Assembly: GCA_032718475.1 (NCBI GenBank)
Contig: JAUCBJ010008887.1
Location: 259 to 64,258 of the forward strand
DNA: 64,000 bases
Direction: 5' to 3'
Source of the DNA: Nemertoderma westbladi
Taxonomy: Eukaryota > Animalia > Xenacoelomorpha
Within the stretch, counting starts at the first letter, position 1. Every line of letters starts with the position of its first letter. The position numbers and the translations under genes are program-made. The notes below the pieces were generated by a model. That model saw only the letters and a program-made list of their open reading frames with translations. It searched no databases and was not told the origin of the DNA. Shown one piece after another: positions 22,608-35,700 of the stretch.

Positions 22608-24395
22608 CTAAAAGAATAGTGACCCACAATCGCAATTTGAGAATTTAGCTATTTTATGAGCAATATAGCTTTCCATCGTTCCACACAACTGCCAAGAATT
22701 ATCCCCGAATTTCTTCACCTTATTTTGGTCCATGTCGCCATCGGATTGTCCCATGGCTATAATTTCCCCGAAACAAAGAACGATTCCTATACCATTACCA
22801 GGTGACGAATCAGCTCCTATCAGATTCCAGGTATTGTTTAGAGGATCATAGCACTCGACGCTCCTTAGTGTGACTGTAGTCATCGTGTTAAAGTTCATAT
22901 AGCCCCCTACTACGTATATATGGTTGTTATAAACTGCGCACCCAAAGGAATACCGCCTGATGTTCATTGCCGCCACCTCGGTCCATTTGTTGGTGTTTGG
23001 GTTGTACTTCTCGACAGAATTCATAACATTATTAGGAATTTGGTCGAGAATTCGGCCATTATACATATTCGGAAAAGATTCATTCATGCCACCGATAGCA
23101 TATAGAAATCCATCCAGAACGGCAACTGACAATCGTGATCGACGATACTTCATTGATGTAACCGGTGTCCAGTTGTCGGTGTTCGGGTCGTAATGCTCCA
23201 CGGTCTTGTAATATGTGAACCAACCTGCATCTCCCCCAACCACATAGAGCAACCCGTTCATCACAGCAACACCATGGAAACGACGAGGTGTGCTCATGGG
23301 AGCAATGTCATACCAATGGTCGACTTTTGGATCATAACACTCACCGATGGTCTCCATGGATTTCTTGTTATCGCCTCCAGTCGCATACAAAAATCCATTG
23401 AGAACAGCAACTCCCACGTGAAATCTGGGCCAATTCATTTGTTTAATCCCTCGCCACTCATTAGTATCTGGTATGTATTGTTCTACCGAGTAATAGAGAA
23501 GCCGATTGAAGCCGGAAGGAAGGAATATTTGAGTCCGACCAAAAGCCACCAAACGTGCACATGGTTGGGGATTCCGAGGATGGATCCCTTCCGAGAATGT
23601 CTTGGCATCTTCTACCAGTTTCAGACACTCATTGTCATTACAAATCAGGGGGTGGGTCTTTACCGTTCCCTCTAGGAATGCGAATCCAATTAACGGCAAA
23701 CGAATGAGTTTGAGCAACTCGGAAAGTAATGGAAAAGGTTCCTCATTGTCATTGACGTTATGCTCAATCCATTCCTTACTGCTCGCAACCCATTTCATTA
23801 CAGCAGTGAACAGCTGCTCCTCAGAACTAACATTCAGCTCGTCACTTCTAATTATCTCCTTCAGCTTATTAATCGACAATAAAAGAAACTCGTCATTCTG
23901 TATAACATTATGGAAGTGGTGTATCATGTAGTTTTTGGCATCACGCAAAATGTCCAGAAATGAATAAGTTTCCGCAAACGATTGGAAACCAATACAATTA
24001 CTCGCGTCCAGGTTGTTCTTCAGGAATTCGCAGCACCTTCGCTGCACCTCTTTCACCTGGAGCATAGTCGCAGCAGCCGCCAGTTCCTGCACATTTCCCT
24101 CATTAACCGTTATTAAGGATGTGTATGCGAAGTTAATGACCTGTTCAACAGCGTCTGCGTCTATATCTACGTTTTTACTTTCGATTTTCACCACAGGTTG
24201 TTCAGTTTCTTTCCATTCTCGAGTGAGCATGGCTTCGAAGTAAGGAGTCAACGCCACCAAGAGACGTCTGTGCGCGGTGATTTCCTTTTCGCCTACATCT
24301 ATTCGTATGTCACAGGGTTCGTTTACCAATTCACTCCTAATGTCGGATAAGGTAGGATCACCCGTGTTATGTCCTGGCTCTGATGTTGAAGACAT
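22608..24395 (-). CDS. Intronless BTB-BACK-Kelch protein (KLHL20/diablo-like Cullin3 adaptor family)
   Basis: BTB (CDI..AHR.LL..PYF.AM), BACK (NC..F, L.V.SEE.LF.AV.KW) and Kelch repeats (GVAVLNGFLYATGG, VE.YDP..W). A TATA-like CATATAAAAG lies ~155 bp upstream and an AATAAA ~40 bp downstream. Confidence 0.92.
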   Translation of the reverse strand: MSSTSEPGHNTGDPTLSDIRSELVNEPCDIRIDVGEKEITAHRRLLVALTPYFEAMLTREWKETEQPVVKIESKNVDIDADAVEQVINFAYTSLITVNEGNVQELAAAATMLQVKEVQRRCCEFLKNNLDASNCIGFQSFAETYSFLDILRDAKNYMIHHFHNVIQNDEFLLLSINKLKEIIRSDELNVSSEEQLFTAVMKWVASSKEWIEHNVNDNEEPFPLLSELLKLIRLPLIGFAFLEGTVKTHPLICNDNECLKLVEDAKTFSEGIHPRNPQPCARLVAFGRTQIFLPSGFNRLLYYSVEQYIPDTNEWRGIKQMNWPRFHVGVAVLNGFLYATGGDNKKSMETIGECYDPKVDHWYDIAPMSTPRRFHGVAVMNGLLYVVGGDAGWFTYYKTVEHYDPNTDNWTPVTSMKYRRSRLSVAVLDGFLYAIGGMNESFPNMYNGRILDQIPNNVMNSVEKYNPNTNKWTEVAAMNIRRYSFGCAVYNNHIYVVGGYMNFNTMTTVTLRSVECYDPLNNTWNLIGADSSPGNGIGIVLCFGEIIAMGQSDGDMDQNKVKKFGDNSWQLCGTMESYIAHKIAKFSNCDCGSLFF

Positions 24396-24695
24396 TGCCT
24401 CTTCACAAACTTCTTACACAGTGATGCTGTTACTGCAGCTGTACTGGTATGACCATATGAGTCGCCACATTCAAATAATCCCCCTCTCACACTATATTAA
24501 ACTAAGACTTTGTAATATTGATTAAATGAAAAAAGAGTTTTTCATTTACCTTTTATATGGAAAATCAATTTTTAAAAACAATAAAAAAATATATGATATT
24601 AATTTGAGGAAGAGTTCCATATTCCTCAGCACATAAAACTAAACTTAGTGTATTTATTTGTGCCATTTAGAAAAATAATAGGTAAAACAGATTCC

Positions 24696-25168
24696 GAGTC
24701 AATGGATACATCGTGTCAAAGAGTACAACAGGTCAAAGAGTACAAAAATGGAAAAAAGGGTACAACAGGTCAAAGTTTACAACAGCCATGTCAAAGGGTA
24801 CAAAAACCACGTTAGAGGGTACAAATGTTATAGAAAGGGTACAACATGACAAAGTGAACAACAGGGATTTTTATACTGTATGAAACTCGCTGGTTACAGT
24901 AGTGGCGGACCTCACCTGACCTAACCAATCCTGACTAATCCTAACCAAAATAATTAACGAACGAAATAACTGCCTTACACTTTGACTCGATGTACCCTTT
25001 GATGTTGTACACTTTGACTCGTTTTGTTTGTACCCTTCGAGGTCCTGTTTTGTACCCTTTGACCGCCTGGTTTGTACCCTTTGTCTCGTACCCTTTCCTG
25101 TTGTACCCTTTGACTCGTTTTATTCCCTTTGACTCGTTGTACCCATTGACCTGTGTACCCATTGACCT
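24696..25168. mobile_element. Small fold-back/MITE-like element with inverted arrays of AAAGGGTACAA subrepeats
   Basis: The left half has (TC)AAAG(A/G)GTACAA repeats, the right half has TTGTACCCTTTGA repeats, and the centre is CCTAAC-rich. Confidence 0.65.
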
Positions 25169-25185
25169 AAAGCGGGTAATACATC

Positions 25186-26104
25186 GGTACTAGTGAGTTA
25201 TAGGTACACCCCCCCCCCCCCTCAATTTTTTTTACTAGCTAGTTTTTGCTATTTCTTTTTATGAAATGTTCTAGAACATGAGATACATTTGAAAAAAAAA
25301 AAAAATGTTCTAGAACAAATATTTTTTGTTCTGGAACAAATTTTAAAAAAAGCTTACAAATTTTATTTTTTGTTAGTAATATTTTATTTGATGTCAAGGA
25401 AATTGAATTTTCTCGAATATTCGAATTTCTACAGCTAAGATTTGACTTTCGCCCAACAACTAGCTGAGTTTCGTTGGAAGCTTCTACACAAATAATACCC
25501 ATTCCTTGCTCTGTTGGATTTGATCAGAAAATATTACCCGCTGTCTGCTAAATAATAAATATTATACAGTATAGGTATTCTAAGCATATCATTAATTTCT
25601 GAATATAATGACCTCAATACAGTGAATTTATTAATTTTAATTAGCTATTAAAAAAATACTAGCTAACCCATCTCCCCCAAACCCATCTTGCCAGCAATGA
25701 TTAAAAATTATATGAAACAAATTCTGAATAAAATTAAAAAAAAAATTTCATATTTTTTGAACTGTTCTAGAACAAAAACTATTTGTTCTAGAACTTTTTT
25801 GTTTCTAGTTCTGAATAGCTAACATGTTCTAGAACATTATTAAAAAATAAAAATAGTACATTAATTTTTTTAATTTTTTTTAATTGTTCTAGAACAAAAA
25901 ATATTTTTTTATAGAACATATATATATTTTTTTTAATAGCTATCATGTGCTAGAACATGTTCATAAAAAGAAATAGCAAAAACTAGATAGAAAAAAATTT
26001 GAGAGGGGGTGTACCATGATCTACTACCATGTACCATGACCTACTATAGAATGTACTATAGAATCTATAGCAGGTCATGGGTGTACCTATAACACACTAG
26101 TGCC
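25186..26104. mobile_element. AT-rich MITE with long imperfect TIRs (GGTACTAGTGAGTTATAGGTACACC...)
   Basis: The ends are reverse complements over ~100 bp, with internal GTTCTAGAAC and TAGCTA motifs. A ~96-bp tandem duplication covers the right end. Confidence 0.65.
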
Positions 26105-26610
26105 AATACATCTATCAGAAGGAACAAATGGGTAGGCCTACTGGTGCAGTTGTATGCCTACACCACCCACCATGGGTGTACCTATAACACACTAGTGCCA
26201 ATACATCTATCAGAAGGAACAAATGGGTAGGCCTACTGGTGCAGTTAGTATGCCTACACCACCCACCAAATTTAATCTACTAAATTATTGATAATTTTTG
26301 TTTTTGAAACGTAGAACATGTTAGCTATTTTATTTTTATTTTTTTTATATTTTAATTGACTGATATGACTTGAACGCCACCTAACGTCTTTACAAATACA
26401 CAGCTAAACCACCACAAATTTCTGATTTGTAAGTCTAGGTGGCGTTATTGTGTACGGCTGTAGGCCCATATAAACCATTGTTAGTTATGCATTAACTCAC
26501 TCTCTTTTCACATTACTTTAATTGTTTTGTAGACTCACCTCTACATATGGAAGAAGTAAGAACCCCGGTCAATCTTTAATGACTGGAAATTATTAGTTTG
26601 TGGGGCGAGC

Positions 26611-28772
26611 CACGAAGTGAGTGAGCCTTAGCGTAGTGGTACCATTAATCAACCTGTCGTTCTGTCGTTCTGTCGTTCTGTCGTTCTGTCGTTCTGTCGT
26701 GTTCAATTTTAAACGTTAATAACTCGGCCAATCTTTGATGAAATCTATCCAAACTTGGTACACATGTTGTTTGGCAAAAGTTTAGAAATTTTCCAAGTAG
26801 AATTTCCGTGTGGCCTTCGAGAAGCTAAGATAATAGCAGTTAATTAGTTAATTAAGTTGATTGCGGTGAAAACGCCATTTTCAACCTGCCTTTTAAAGGA
26901 AATTAATTGTTTTACAGTATAAGATTTAAATAATTATACTTAAAAATTATACAGATATAATCCCCATACGCCATTCTATTATAGTTTTTAATTAGTTTAA
27001 GTGATTTGCTTTAATAAATGTGTCTTTAATTGATCTAAACGTAATTAAACCGCACAATTATTGAGTACAAATTTAATCCTTCCCATTATTGGTCAAGTCT
27101 CTGCTGGTGTGGAGCTAGCTGCTGGGAGTTGTGGCTGTAGACTAACCTGAGAGGAATTGTAATAGAGGCAACCAGTATTGCTATTCCAGCCCAATCACTG
27201 AATTGTGTTTATTATAGGCTGGACGGGCCGCATAACCGTTCGACTATTACTACTATTGCTATCTCAGTTAAATGACAGATATAATAACATAAATACAATC
27301 CATGGCATGGCTGTTGTAGGCTTCTGAAATAGTTTATTCCACAATGTATATGTCTGGTTATTTTTTAATTGAATTTTTGCAAAGTAGTAAAATTAATGTT
27401 CTTAAAAATAATATTATTATTTTATATGTAACCTAGGAAATTAGCTACATTTTTTCGCTGCAGCTTTAAGAGTGTACATTGATTTAATATTATTTCAATA
27501 CCCATATTACTACATCGGCATAAGATGCGTTGGCGTTGTATCACACATCTCCACATATCACACATCTCCACATAGATGTATCAACAGTTACTCGCACAGT
27601 TTCGAAACTTCGCATAGTTATAACTGTATAAAGATTGTCAGTCTGCGTTTAGGAAAAATATTTTATGACAAAACAGGACAAGCGACGAGCGCAACGAGGC
27701 ATATAATGAAGACGAGTACTGCGTTGACTAAATTATTATATAAACCACCTGGCTTCACATATTGATCGCATCCCTAGTTATTATTATTATAAAGATCGTC
27801 CTAGCTTGCGTTTAAGAAATATATTTAAATACAAAACAGGACGAACGCAAAGAGGCTTATAATGAAAACGAGTACTGCGTTTATTATATTCCTATAAACC
27901 ACCTGGCTTTGCATATTTAACGTGCGATTGGAAATAAGTTCGTGCTACCCTTCCGTGGGTGGTAGATGTCGCGGTTATGTATTGGTGGTTGGGAAGGGTG
28001 GGGGGGGGGGGGGGGGATTAAAAGGGGTGAACACGTACTGTCCACCTTTCTTTGATTGATTGGTGGTGTGGGTAAATTTCTCAAAACCTGATTTTGTGAT
28101 ACAGTCGCTGCATTTTAATTTGTATATAATAACTAGGCCTCGTGCTGCGCGAAGTCCCCACGAACGTGTTTATTCTGAATATATGATTCATTCGTTGATT
28201 CATTTGTTTAATATTATTATAATTTGATTTGCTTATTTGATATTTTACCGATTCTACCTGATATTCTATACCTATTTGAAATTTTCTAGACACCAAACCC
28301 AGGTAGGTCTCTATAGCCAAACATTATTGATAACCTGGACAATTGTGTCAGACTTATATGTGTTGTCTTACCTCTAACCCAATAAATAATTACCATATGA
28401 CGATATTTCCGACCTGAAATGCAAGCGAAGCTTTTAATAACAATAGCATTACGATTGAGCGTTGTCATAAATTGAATACCGTAGCGATAATAATAATATA
28501 AACAAACATACATATAGTAAAAATACATTTCCTCTAAAGGGAAATACATTTCCAGACTTGAGCCCCCACGTAAATAATTAGTTTTGACATTTACTTATTG
28601 TGTTGTGCCGCCACACCCTCGCGTACTGTTTATATTAGTGAAATAATTTAGATGATCAATTACCGTCAGAAACTGAGCGAATTATTAAGCAGATCGAGAC
28701 AGTTTTGGGGATTAGGGAATATAAGAGATTCACTCAAACGGCCTTCTTTCGAAGGTACACTAGCACCATTAT
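26611..28772 (+). mobile_element. Possible DINE-1/Helentron-like non-autonomous element or remnants
   Basis: (CTGTCGTT)n microsatellite at 26654-26700 followed by an AAACTTGGTACAC core, and a short stem-loop (CCTTCTTTCGAAGG) near 28742-28755. Boundaries are uncertain. Confidence 0.35.
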
Positions 28773-29360
28773 CGTTTTAGTGCATCAGACTGGGTTCTTA
28801 CTTCCTCCACACAAATCGATCAGATATAGTGAAAATATACAAGATATGGGATAAAAACGTCATTTTTGTCAAATGTGCTAACAAACTGCCGGAACTATAT
28901 ATTATATCGTTATGATCAGTTAGAAATTAAAGGATATTACAGAAATTGAAGAAAATACAGAAATCCTATTTACATATAAAAATGCCGCTAAAAATATAAA
29001 AACTTTTACTGTGTAAAAGTCAGGGGCTTCCGCAAGCAGAGGGTGAAGGTGCAAGAAGGTAAGGAAAGTGAGAAAACAGGCCCTTTTATGGCCAGACATT
29101 ATGCAAATCGGGAACGGAAGGCTCTTAATGGTGATTGGTTGAAGCTCGTCCCTGATTGGTTGGAGCTACTGGTTGGCCAAACAGTTACGTTTCGATCCTA
29201 ATGCACCTATGGGCCGGTAGAGGGCAGGAGGTCGATGACATGGGTAATGTGACTTACAAACGTATCGGCGTTTGGCGAACCAAACGTGACACCACAGGAC
29301 AACCTATACGTTTCGATCCTAGTTACAAAACAAATGTGCGTGTGAGACGCAAACGAGATG

Positions 29361-32300
29361 GTATTACTATGTTATGGGTACCCACTTTTTAAACAAATTG
29401 TTTCATATGAAAATGGCTTTTATCATAAGGTTTTTGCTCTAGAACAAATATTTAACTTTCTGCCAGTACGATGGTAGCTAGTAATTTTGATTTTGTATTA
29501 GCTAGTATTTTTTATTAGCTAGTTAAAAAAATTTTAATTGAAAAATAAAATAAAAAATTTACCACGTTTTTTCTTGTAAAAATGTATTTTATTATGAGGT
29601 TTTTTTTTCTAGAACAAATATTTGACCTTCTGACAGTAAGATGGTAGCTAGTACTTTTGATTTTGTGTTAGCTAGTACTATTTATTAGCTAGTAAATGTA
29701 AGATATACCGGTAATTTAATTCTCAATTATATATTTGCATGGAATAATTTATGAGTCATGGTGTAGCTAGTAATTTTTATTTGATAGTCAAAGTAGCTAG
29801 TTATTATAAACTAGCTAGTTTTTTATATTTTATACAAAATACAGTCGGGGTCTCTAAGTGCATCTGTTCTTTGAGATTTTCTCAAAGAACTAAAAGTGTC
29901 TCAAATTTCTAAAAGTGGTCCAAGAAAATGACAAAGTGTCCTCAAAGATTTCGAAGTAGTACTGTCAGTCATTTCATACACTCCTGCCTGAAGCTGGCTA
30001 TGGTATGGGGTTTCCGACTTTGTTTGAAGGTCACCGTCCGTAGGTCGCTACTCGCTAGCTGTGATTGATAGCTTAAACTGGGTGCCGCTTTGCCAGAAGG
30101 CGGTACACATCAATTGCATATGAAGCAAACATTTAAAATATGATAGAAACGCCAGGGGCAGGGGATATTTTAATATCTCTATTAAGTTAAAACAACACAA
30201 GAGTGTGGCCGTTCTACCGTACTTGAAAGTCGAAAGCCTTTCTTAGTTTTTAAGAAGGAATTCTCGCGCTCTCGTCAACATAGTTATCATATTAATTAAA
30301 CAGTTAAGGTAGTACGGTTTGACCTCAGGTGACTAATGAAATGAATAACAAAAGTTATTATAAGCTTTCTCCCAACAGGGCTTCTTTAGGTCATTATAAT
30401 GAAACTGCGTATACACAGAGAAACTACAGTGCAGTTTCTTTTATATTAATTGTTAATCTGATATTGTATTATGTTATTAAAATAATCAATCTTGTCAAGC
30501 ATTAATCTTGTTTCACTAATTATGTTTCATGTATTATTTGATTTTTAAGAATGTTTTTAAGAAAGACTTTAGGGCGCCGTAAATTCAATTTGTACTTGCG
30601 ACCGAAAACCCATCCCGTAATGACCTCAGGAACCTCAATTTGATAAATTAATGGGAATAGCTTCTAGGCAACAACTGGCCAGCACACAATATACTTTGTT
30701 GCCCGCATGATATTGTTCCCCGAGAATGCCTCTGCATCTGTTAACTTACCACGAGCTGTCAATCAGGAATACCTCGGAGTTTATTTTCTCCAAGAATTCA
30801 AAGTGCCCAAACTACCTCAAAGTGACATTTCTCAAAGAATTCAAAGTGCCTAAAAGCAGGAAATCACTTTGAGATTCCCAACTAAAAGTGTCTACACGAA
30901 TTCAAAGCGGCCGTTGGGAGTAATGTAATAACTTTTAGACACTTTTAGAAAAACTTTGAGAAAATCTCAAAGAACAGATGCACTTTGAGACCCCGACTGA
31001 GAAAATCTCAAAGAACAGATGCACTTTGAGACCCCGACTGTATAGGCAGATGTCAAAATAGTGTTTTTACTTATTTTACTTATTTAGGCCTATTTTACTT
31101 CTTATTAGATTTATTTATCTTTTTATTAATTGCGAGAATATATTGATGATAATATGGAAATTGTCTAAGTAAATGCCGGCACTACAAAATTTCTTTTGTA
31201 ATTTTAAGATCACTAGCTACCTTTAAAAACACTACCGTTAGCTACCATAATAAAAAATAATAGCTAACCTCTCTCAGAAGGTGAAAAAATTTATGTTCTA
31301 GAACAGAAAGCCATCTCGCTAATATCCATTACCATGGTCCAAAATATTATTTTGTAATTTTAAGATCACTAGCTACCTTAATAAAAAATAATAGGTAACC
31401 TCTCTCAGAAGGTGGAATTTATGTTCTAGAACGAAAAACATCATGATAATATGCAATACATGGTAAAAAAATTGATATTAGGTACCAAAAATTTGGTTTT
31501 GTAATTTTAAAAATAGTAGCTACCTAAAAGAAATCACTAGCTACCATAAAAAAAACAATAGCTAACGTCTAACAGAAGATGACATTAATGTTCTAAAACA
31601 AAAAACCTCAAGATAATAGGGTACTACTATGTTATGGGTACCCACTTTTTGACCAATTTTTTTCTTATGAAAATGGCTTTTATTATGAGGTTTTTTGTTC
31701 TAGAACAAATATTTGACCTTCTGACAGTTAGTTGGTAGCTATAAATTTTTATTTTCGTGTTAGCTAGTTAAAAAAATTTAGATTGAAATTTGAAAATAAA
31801 TTTTGACCTACCGGTACTGTTTTCTTGTAAAAATGGCTTTAAGCATGAGGGTTTTTGTATTAGAATAAATATTTGACCTTCTGACAGTAAGATGGTAGCT
31901 AGTAATTTTGATTTTGTGTTAGCTAGTACTTTTTATTAGCTAGTTAAAAAAATAAAAAATATAATTTAATCCTCAATTACATTTATGTGGAATAATTTAT
32001 GAGTAATGGTAGCTAGTAATTTGAATTTTTTAGCCAGGGGGTTATAGCGAGTCATAATTATTTACTAGCTAGTTTTTTTTATGTGCTGTAAAAATACAGT
32101 TAATATTATTCATGTTGTCAATCAAGTTGTGTAAATGTAAATGTAAAATTATGTATATTTTTTATTACACTCAGTCAGAAATATAATATGTAATTTTAAA
32201 AACAGTAGCTACCTTAAAAAAACACTAGCTACCATAAAAAAAACAATAGCTATCGTCTCTAAGGAGATGAAATTTATGTTCTAAAACAAAAAACCTCATG

Positions 32301-32623
32301 ATAATAGCTATTATAATGGTCAAATAATTGGTCAAAAAGTGGGTACCCATAACATAGTAGTACAGATAATAGCCATTAACATGGTCAAATAAACGGTCAA
32401 AAAGTGGGTACCCATAACATAGTAGTACAGATAATAGCCATTAACATGGTCAAATAAACGGTCAAAAAGTGGGTACCCATAACATAGTAGTACAGATAAT
32501 AGCCATTAACATGGTCAAATAAACGGTCAAAAAGTGGGTACCCATAACATAGTAGTACAGATAATAGCCATTAACATGGTCAAATAAACGGTCAAAAAGG
32601 GGGTACCCATAACATATTAGTAC
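29361..32623. mobile_element. Nested AT-rich MITEs with TIR GTACTACTATGTTATGGGTACCCACTTTTT; right TIR amplified as 65-bp tandem repeats
   Basis: Left TIRs at 29361 and 31621. Right TIR copies end at 32363, 32428, 32493, 32558 and 32623. Confidence 0.7.
29842..31040. mobile_element. Tc1/mariner/pogo-type non-autonomous element (CAGT termini, TA TSD)
   Basis: A ~45-bp TIR CAGTCGGGGTCTC..AAGTGCATCTGTTCTTTGAGATTTTCTCA, flanked by TA on both sides. The right TIR is tandemly duplicated. Confidence 0.85.
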
Positions 32624-33613
32624 CAACGAGATCCCACTGAAGAAACATAACAGGAGATTAATCACACCCATAGTTTGACCAATTTTTTTATATTAAAAAA
32701 GCTTTTATAATTAGGTTTTTTTTTCTATAACAAATATTTGACCTTCTGACAGTAGGAATGATTATAATTCAAACCAATGAAACTAAATCAATTAGCACAA
32801 TAATTAATTAGTAAAGACGCTTCCACTCAACAGTTTCTCCACCGCCGTTCCCCGTTCGTTCCACCAATCACCACGCCTCGTTGGCCCCGCCCCAATCACT
32901 GGCGCCTCCAGCCGAGGGTGGCGGGAGTGGCAGTGGGCGTAACTGCGGCGGAAGGTATCGTAGCCGCCCACTCGTCGCCGGCCCAGTCCTGACCGAATCC
33001 CGCAGTCGGTCAGGACAGTAGGATAGTGGCTAATAATTTCGATTTTGTGTTAGCTAGTACTTTTTTTAGCTAGTGAAAAAAATTTAATATTCGAATTTTT
33101 TTATAATTTTTCTTGTGAAAATAAATGGCTTTTATCATGAGTTTCTTGTTTTAGAACAAATATTTTACCTTCTGTCAGTCAGTCAGTTAGATAGTAGCTA
33201 GTAATATTGATTTTGTGTTAGATAGTACTTTTTATAAGATATTAAAAAATTAAACTTAGTTAGAACATCAAACACAACTGTATGTTTGTGTGTTATAAGT
33301 TCTACATTGAAACTTCAGCAGTTTCTAAGAGAGCATTGAAAATGACGATTTTTTTAAATAAAGAATTATACAGTATGATGATTCCTGTACAGTACAATTT
33401 ATTTTTTTTTCAAAAAATGTTCTATAACAAATAAAGTGTTCAAGAACAAAAATATGTACCAAAATTAATAGCTAACACATGTTCTATAACATTTATAAAA
33501 TAAAATTTGAAAGAATTAGCTAGTATAAAAAATAAAAATGTGTTCTAGAACAAAAAAATATGTTCTAGAACAAAAATATTTCTCAAAATTGATAGCTAGC
33601 ACATCTTCTATAA

Positions 33614-34807
33614 TGTAAAAGCTTTTGCGGATATACTCAGTCCCCCTCGCCCGCAAGGTACCGTTATAGGTGTTTTAACGGACATAAAAGTCATTCTTCT
33701 ATATGCGTGCTTTGGCGGACATGGTAAGGCAAAAAACCAAGGCACCAAATACCCTGGCACAGCTTAGCCTTGATGATTCAGATTACGACATCTAACAGCT
33801 GGTTGCTGACATGGAAACGGCCATTGGACACATGGTTCTTTGTTTAGCTTAACAGCCAATCAGAGCGATTTTTTCTGTCGATGTGGAGATATTTTGGCCG
33901 ATCGTGCTAGGAGTGTTCAGTCTTACTGTTTTTCTTGATACTGTTGTGTTGTTTCTATCTAGGCCAGGAACACCGGCTCTAGAGTCAATTCGTTTTTCAT
34001 ACTTTAGAAGAAACATTAGTAGGCTTAAATTATAGAGCGTATAACTGTTATCATAACATAACAATCAGTGCAACTCAGTTCAGTCTTACATTATCGGTTC
34101 AACATACATTATTATACTGCTATTTACTGTTGTCATATTTTGTATCAGTTGGTTGAATATTATTTGGAGAACATCTATAAAGAACCCAAATTTCCCAATT
34201 TTCTTGATACACTACAGGTTAGAGAGACGGGTTACATATAGCGATTGCGACTTATATTATTGTGGTTTGTAGTGAATTTAATGCTATTTGATAAGCACTA
34301 CATGAGTCAGTTGCTGTTCTCTTTATATATGATAAAATTCATTGACGGTCGGCAAATTAGTGAGCAGTATTGTGTGTTACCGGTAGTGTGCATGATTGTG
34401 GCTGATAACTAAGCATTTCCTAAAGAATGCGCCTCATACGTGAATCATAAGCCTTACAGTCTTACAGTTGTGTTTAGTATAAGTCATATCTCTGTTTACC
34501 TAGATAGAGCGCCACGTCCTAAAGGAACTGTTAATATTTCCCGAAAGTGAATAATATTGGTCAGAAATTATTTATTAACGATCAATCGAATAATACAGTA
34601 AGCTTACACTGCAATAATAATCTAAGCCCTCAGAATCCAGTCTCCCGGGTATATCCAGCGGGTGAATGGACGCGCACTAGGCTGGCTTCTGCTAATGTTG
34701 TGTTTATTGGTATTAAATATTTGTCAATTTCTAAAGTCTATTTATAAACCAAAAGACATATAAATTTTGGCAGGTTAAACTGCTAAAGGTCTTCAAAAGC
34801 GCGTACA
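33614..34807 (+). repeat. 5' LTR of element C
   Basis: TGTAAAAGC...GCGTACA; near-identical to 49334-50128 apart from indels. Confidence 0.95.
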
Positions 34808-35189
34808 ATAACAGTTATTGTCTTTATTGCAGTAAGCAATAATGTTGAAAGTACCGGTCGACCGGTAAACCTGAACCGGTACTTCTGTAGGTCAGTAGGC
34901 CCAACTGCCAGAACCGGTACTGCTGTAGGTCCGTAGGTCCAACTGCCAGAACCGGTACTTCTGTAGGTCCGTACTCCGTAGGCCCAACTGTCCTAACCGG
35001 TACTTCCAGTATAAGTACATTAGTATTATTCGATTTTGATTATTGTATACTGGTAGGTCTTAGTATTTAATCAGGGACGGCCGCCCTGGTTTTTTATTGA
35101 GATTTTACTTATTTCTGTCGGTTTTATTTACATGTAAGTTAATATTGAGCTGAAGACGTGTAAGTCTGCTCAGATTGTTCAGATAATTG

Positions 35190-35700
35190 TAGGCCGGACT
35201 GTTGTCGGATTGTTGTTGGGTTTGGAGAGATTACTGCGTGTGTAGAGTTTGTCCGATAGAGTGCCAGTTAGTAAGTTGGGGCAGCCATAGCTGTAAGGTC
35301 AATCCCCTCTTAAAGAATAAGTCGTACTACCGTGTTAGAACGCATACTAACTAACCATTTTGGAATCTGCACATACTGTAGTTTATTTAGGCTTGACAGT
35401 ATTCTGCCAACGTTTTGGCCTGTGTTTGTTTGTGTGGTCTATTCAGGTACCGTAATAGTTATTACTCAGATATTTTGTAGGCTGGATTGTTGTCTAGCTA
35501 TTATTAGGTCTGAAGAGATTGCTGCGTGTGTAGAGTTTGTCTGATAAAGTGCCAGTTAGTAAGTTGGGGCAGCCATAGCTGTAAGGTCAATCCCCTCTTA
35601 AAGAATAAGTCGTACTACCGTGTTAGAACGCATACTAACTAACCATTTTGGAATCTGCACATACTGTAGTTTATTTAGGCTTGATGGTAGTCTGCCAGCG
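35190..35700 (+). repeat. ~289-bp tandem duplication in the long 5' leader of element C
   Basis: The block GCGTGTGTAGAGTTTG...TTTATTTAGGCTTGA occurs twice, 289 bp apart. Confidence 0.85.

Noticed and set aside
32300-32623. CRISPR-like 65-bp array
   Set aside because: These are identical tandem copies of a MITE terminus with no spacers.
33849-34064. Identical 71-aa ORFs at 33849 and 49574, and repeated short ORFs at 8157 and 62283
   Set aside because: They recur only because they lie in LTR copies; they contain no protein motifs.
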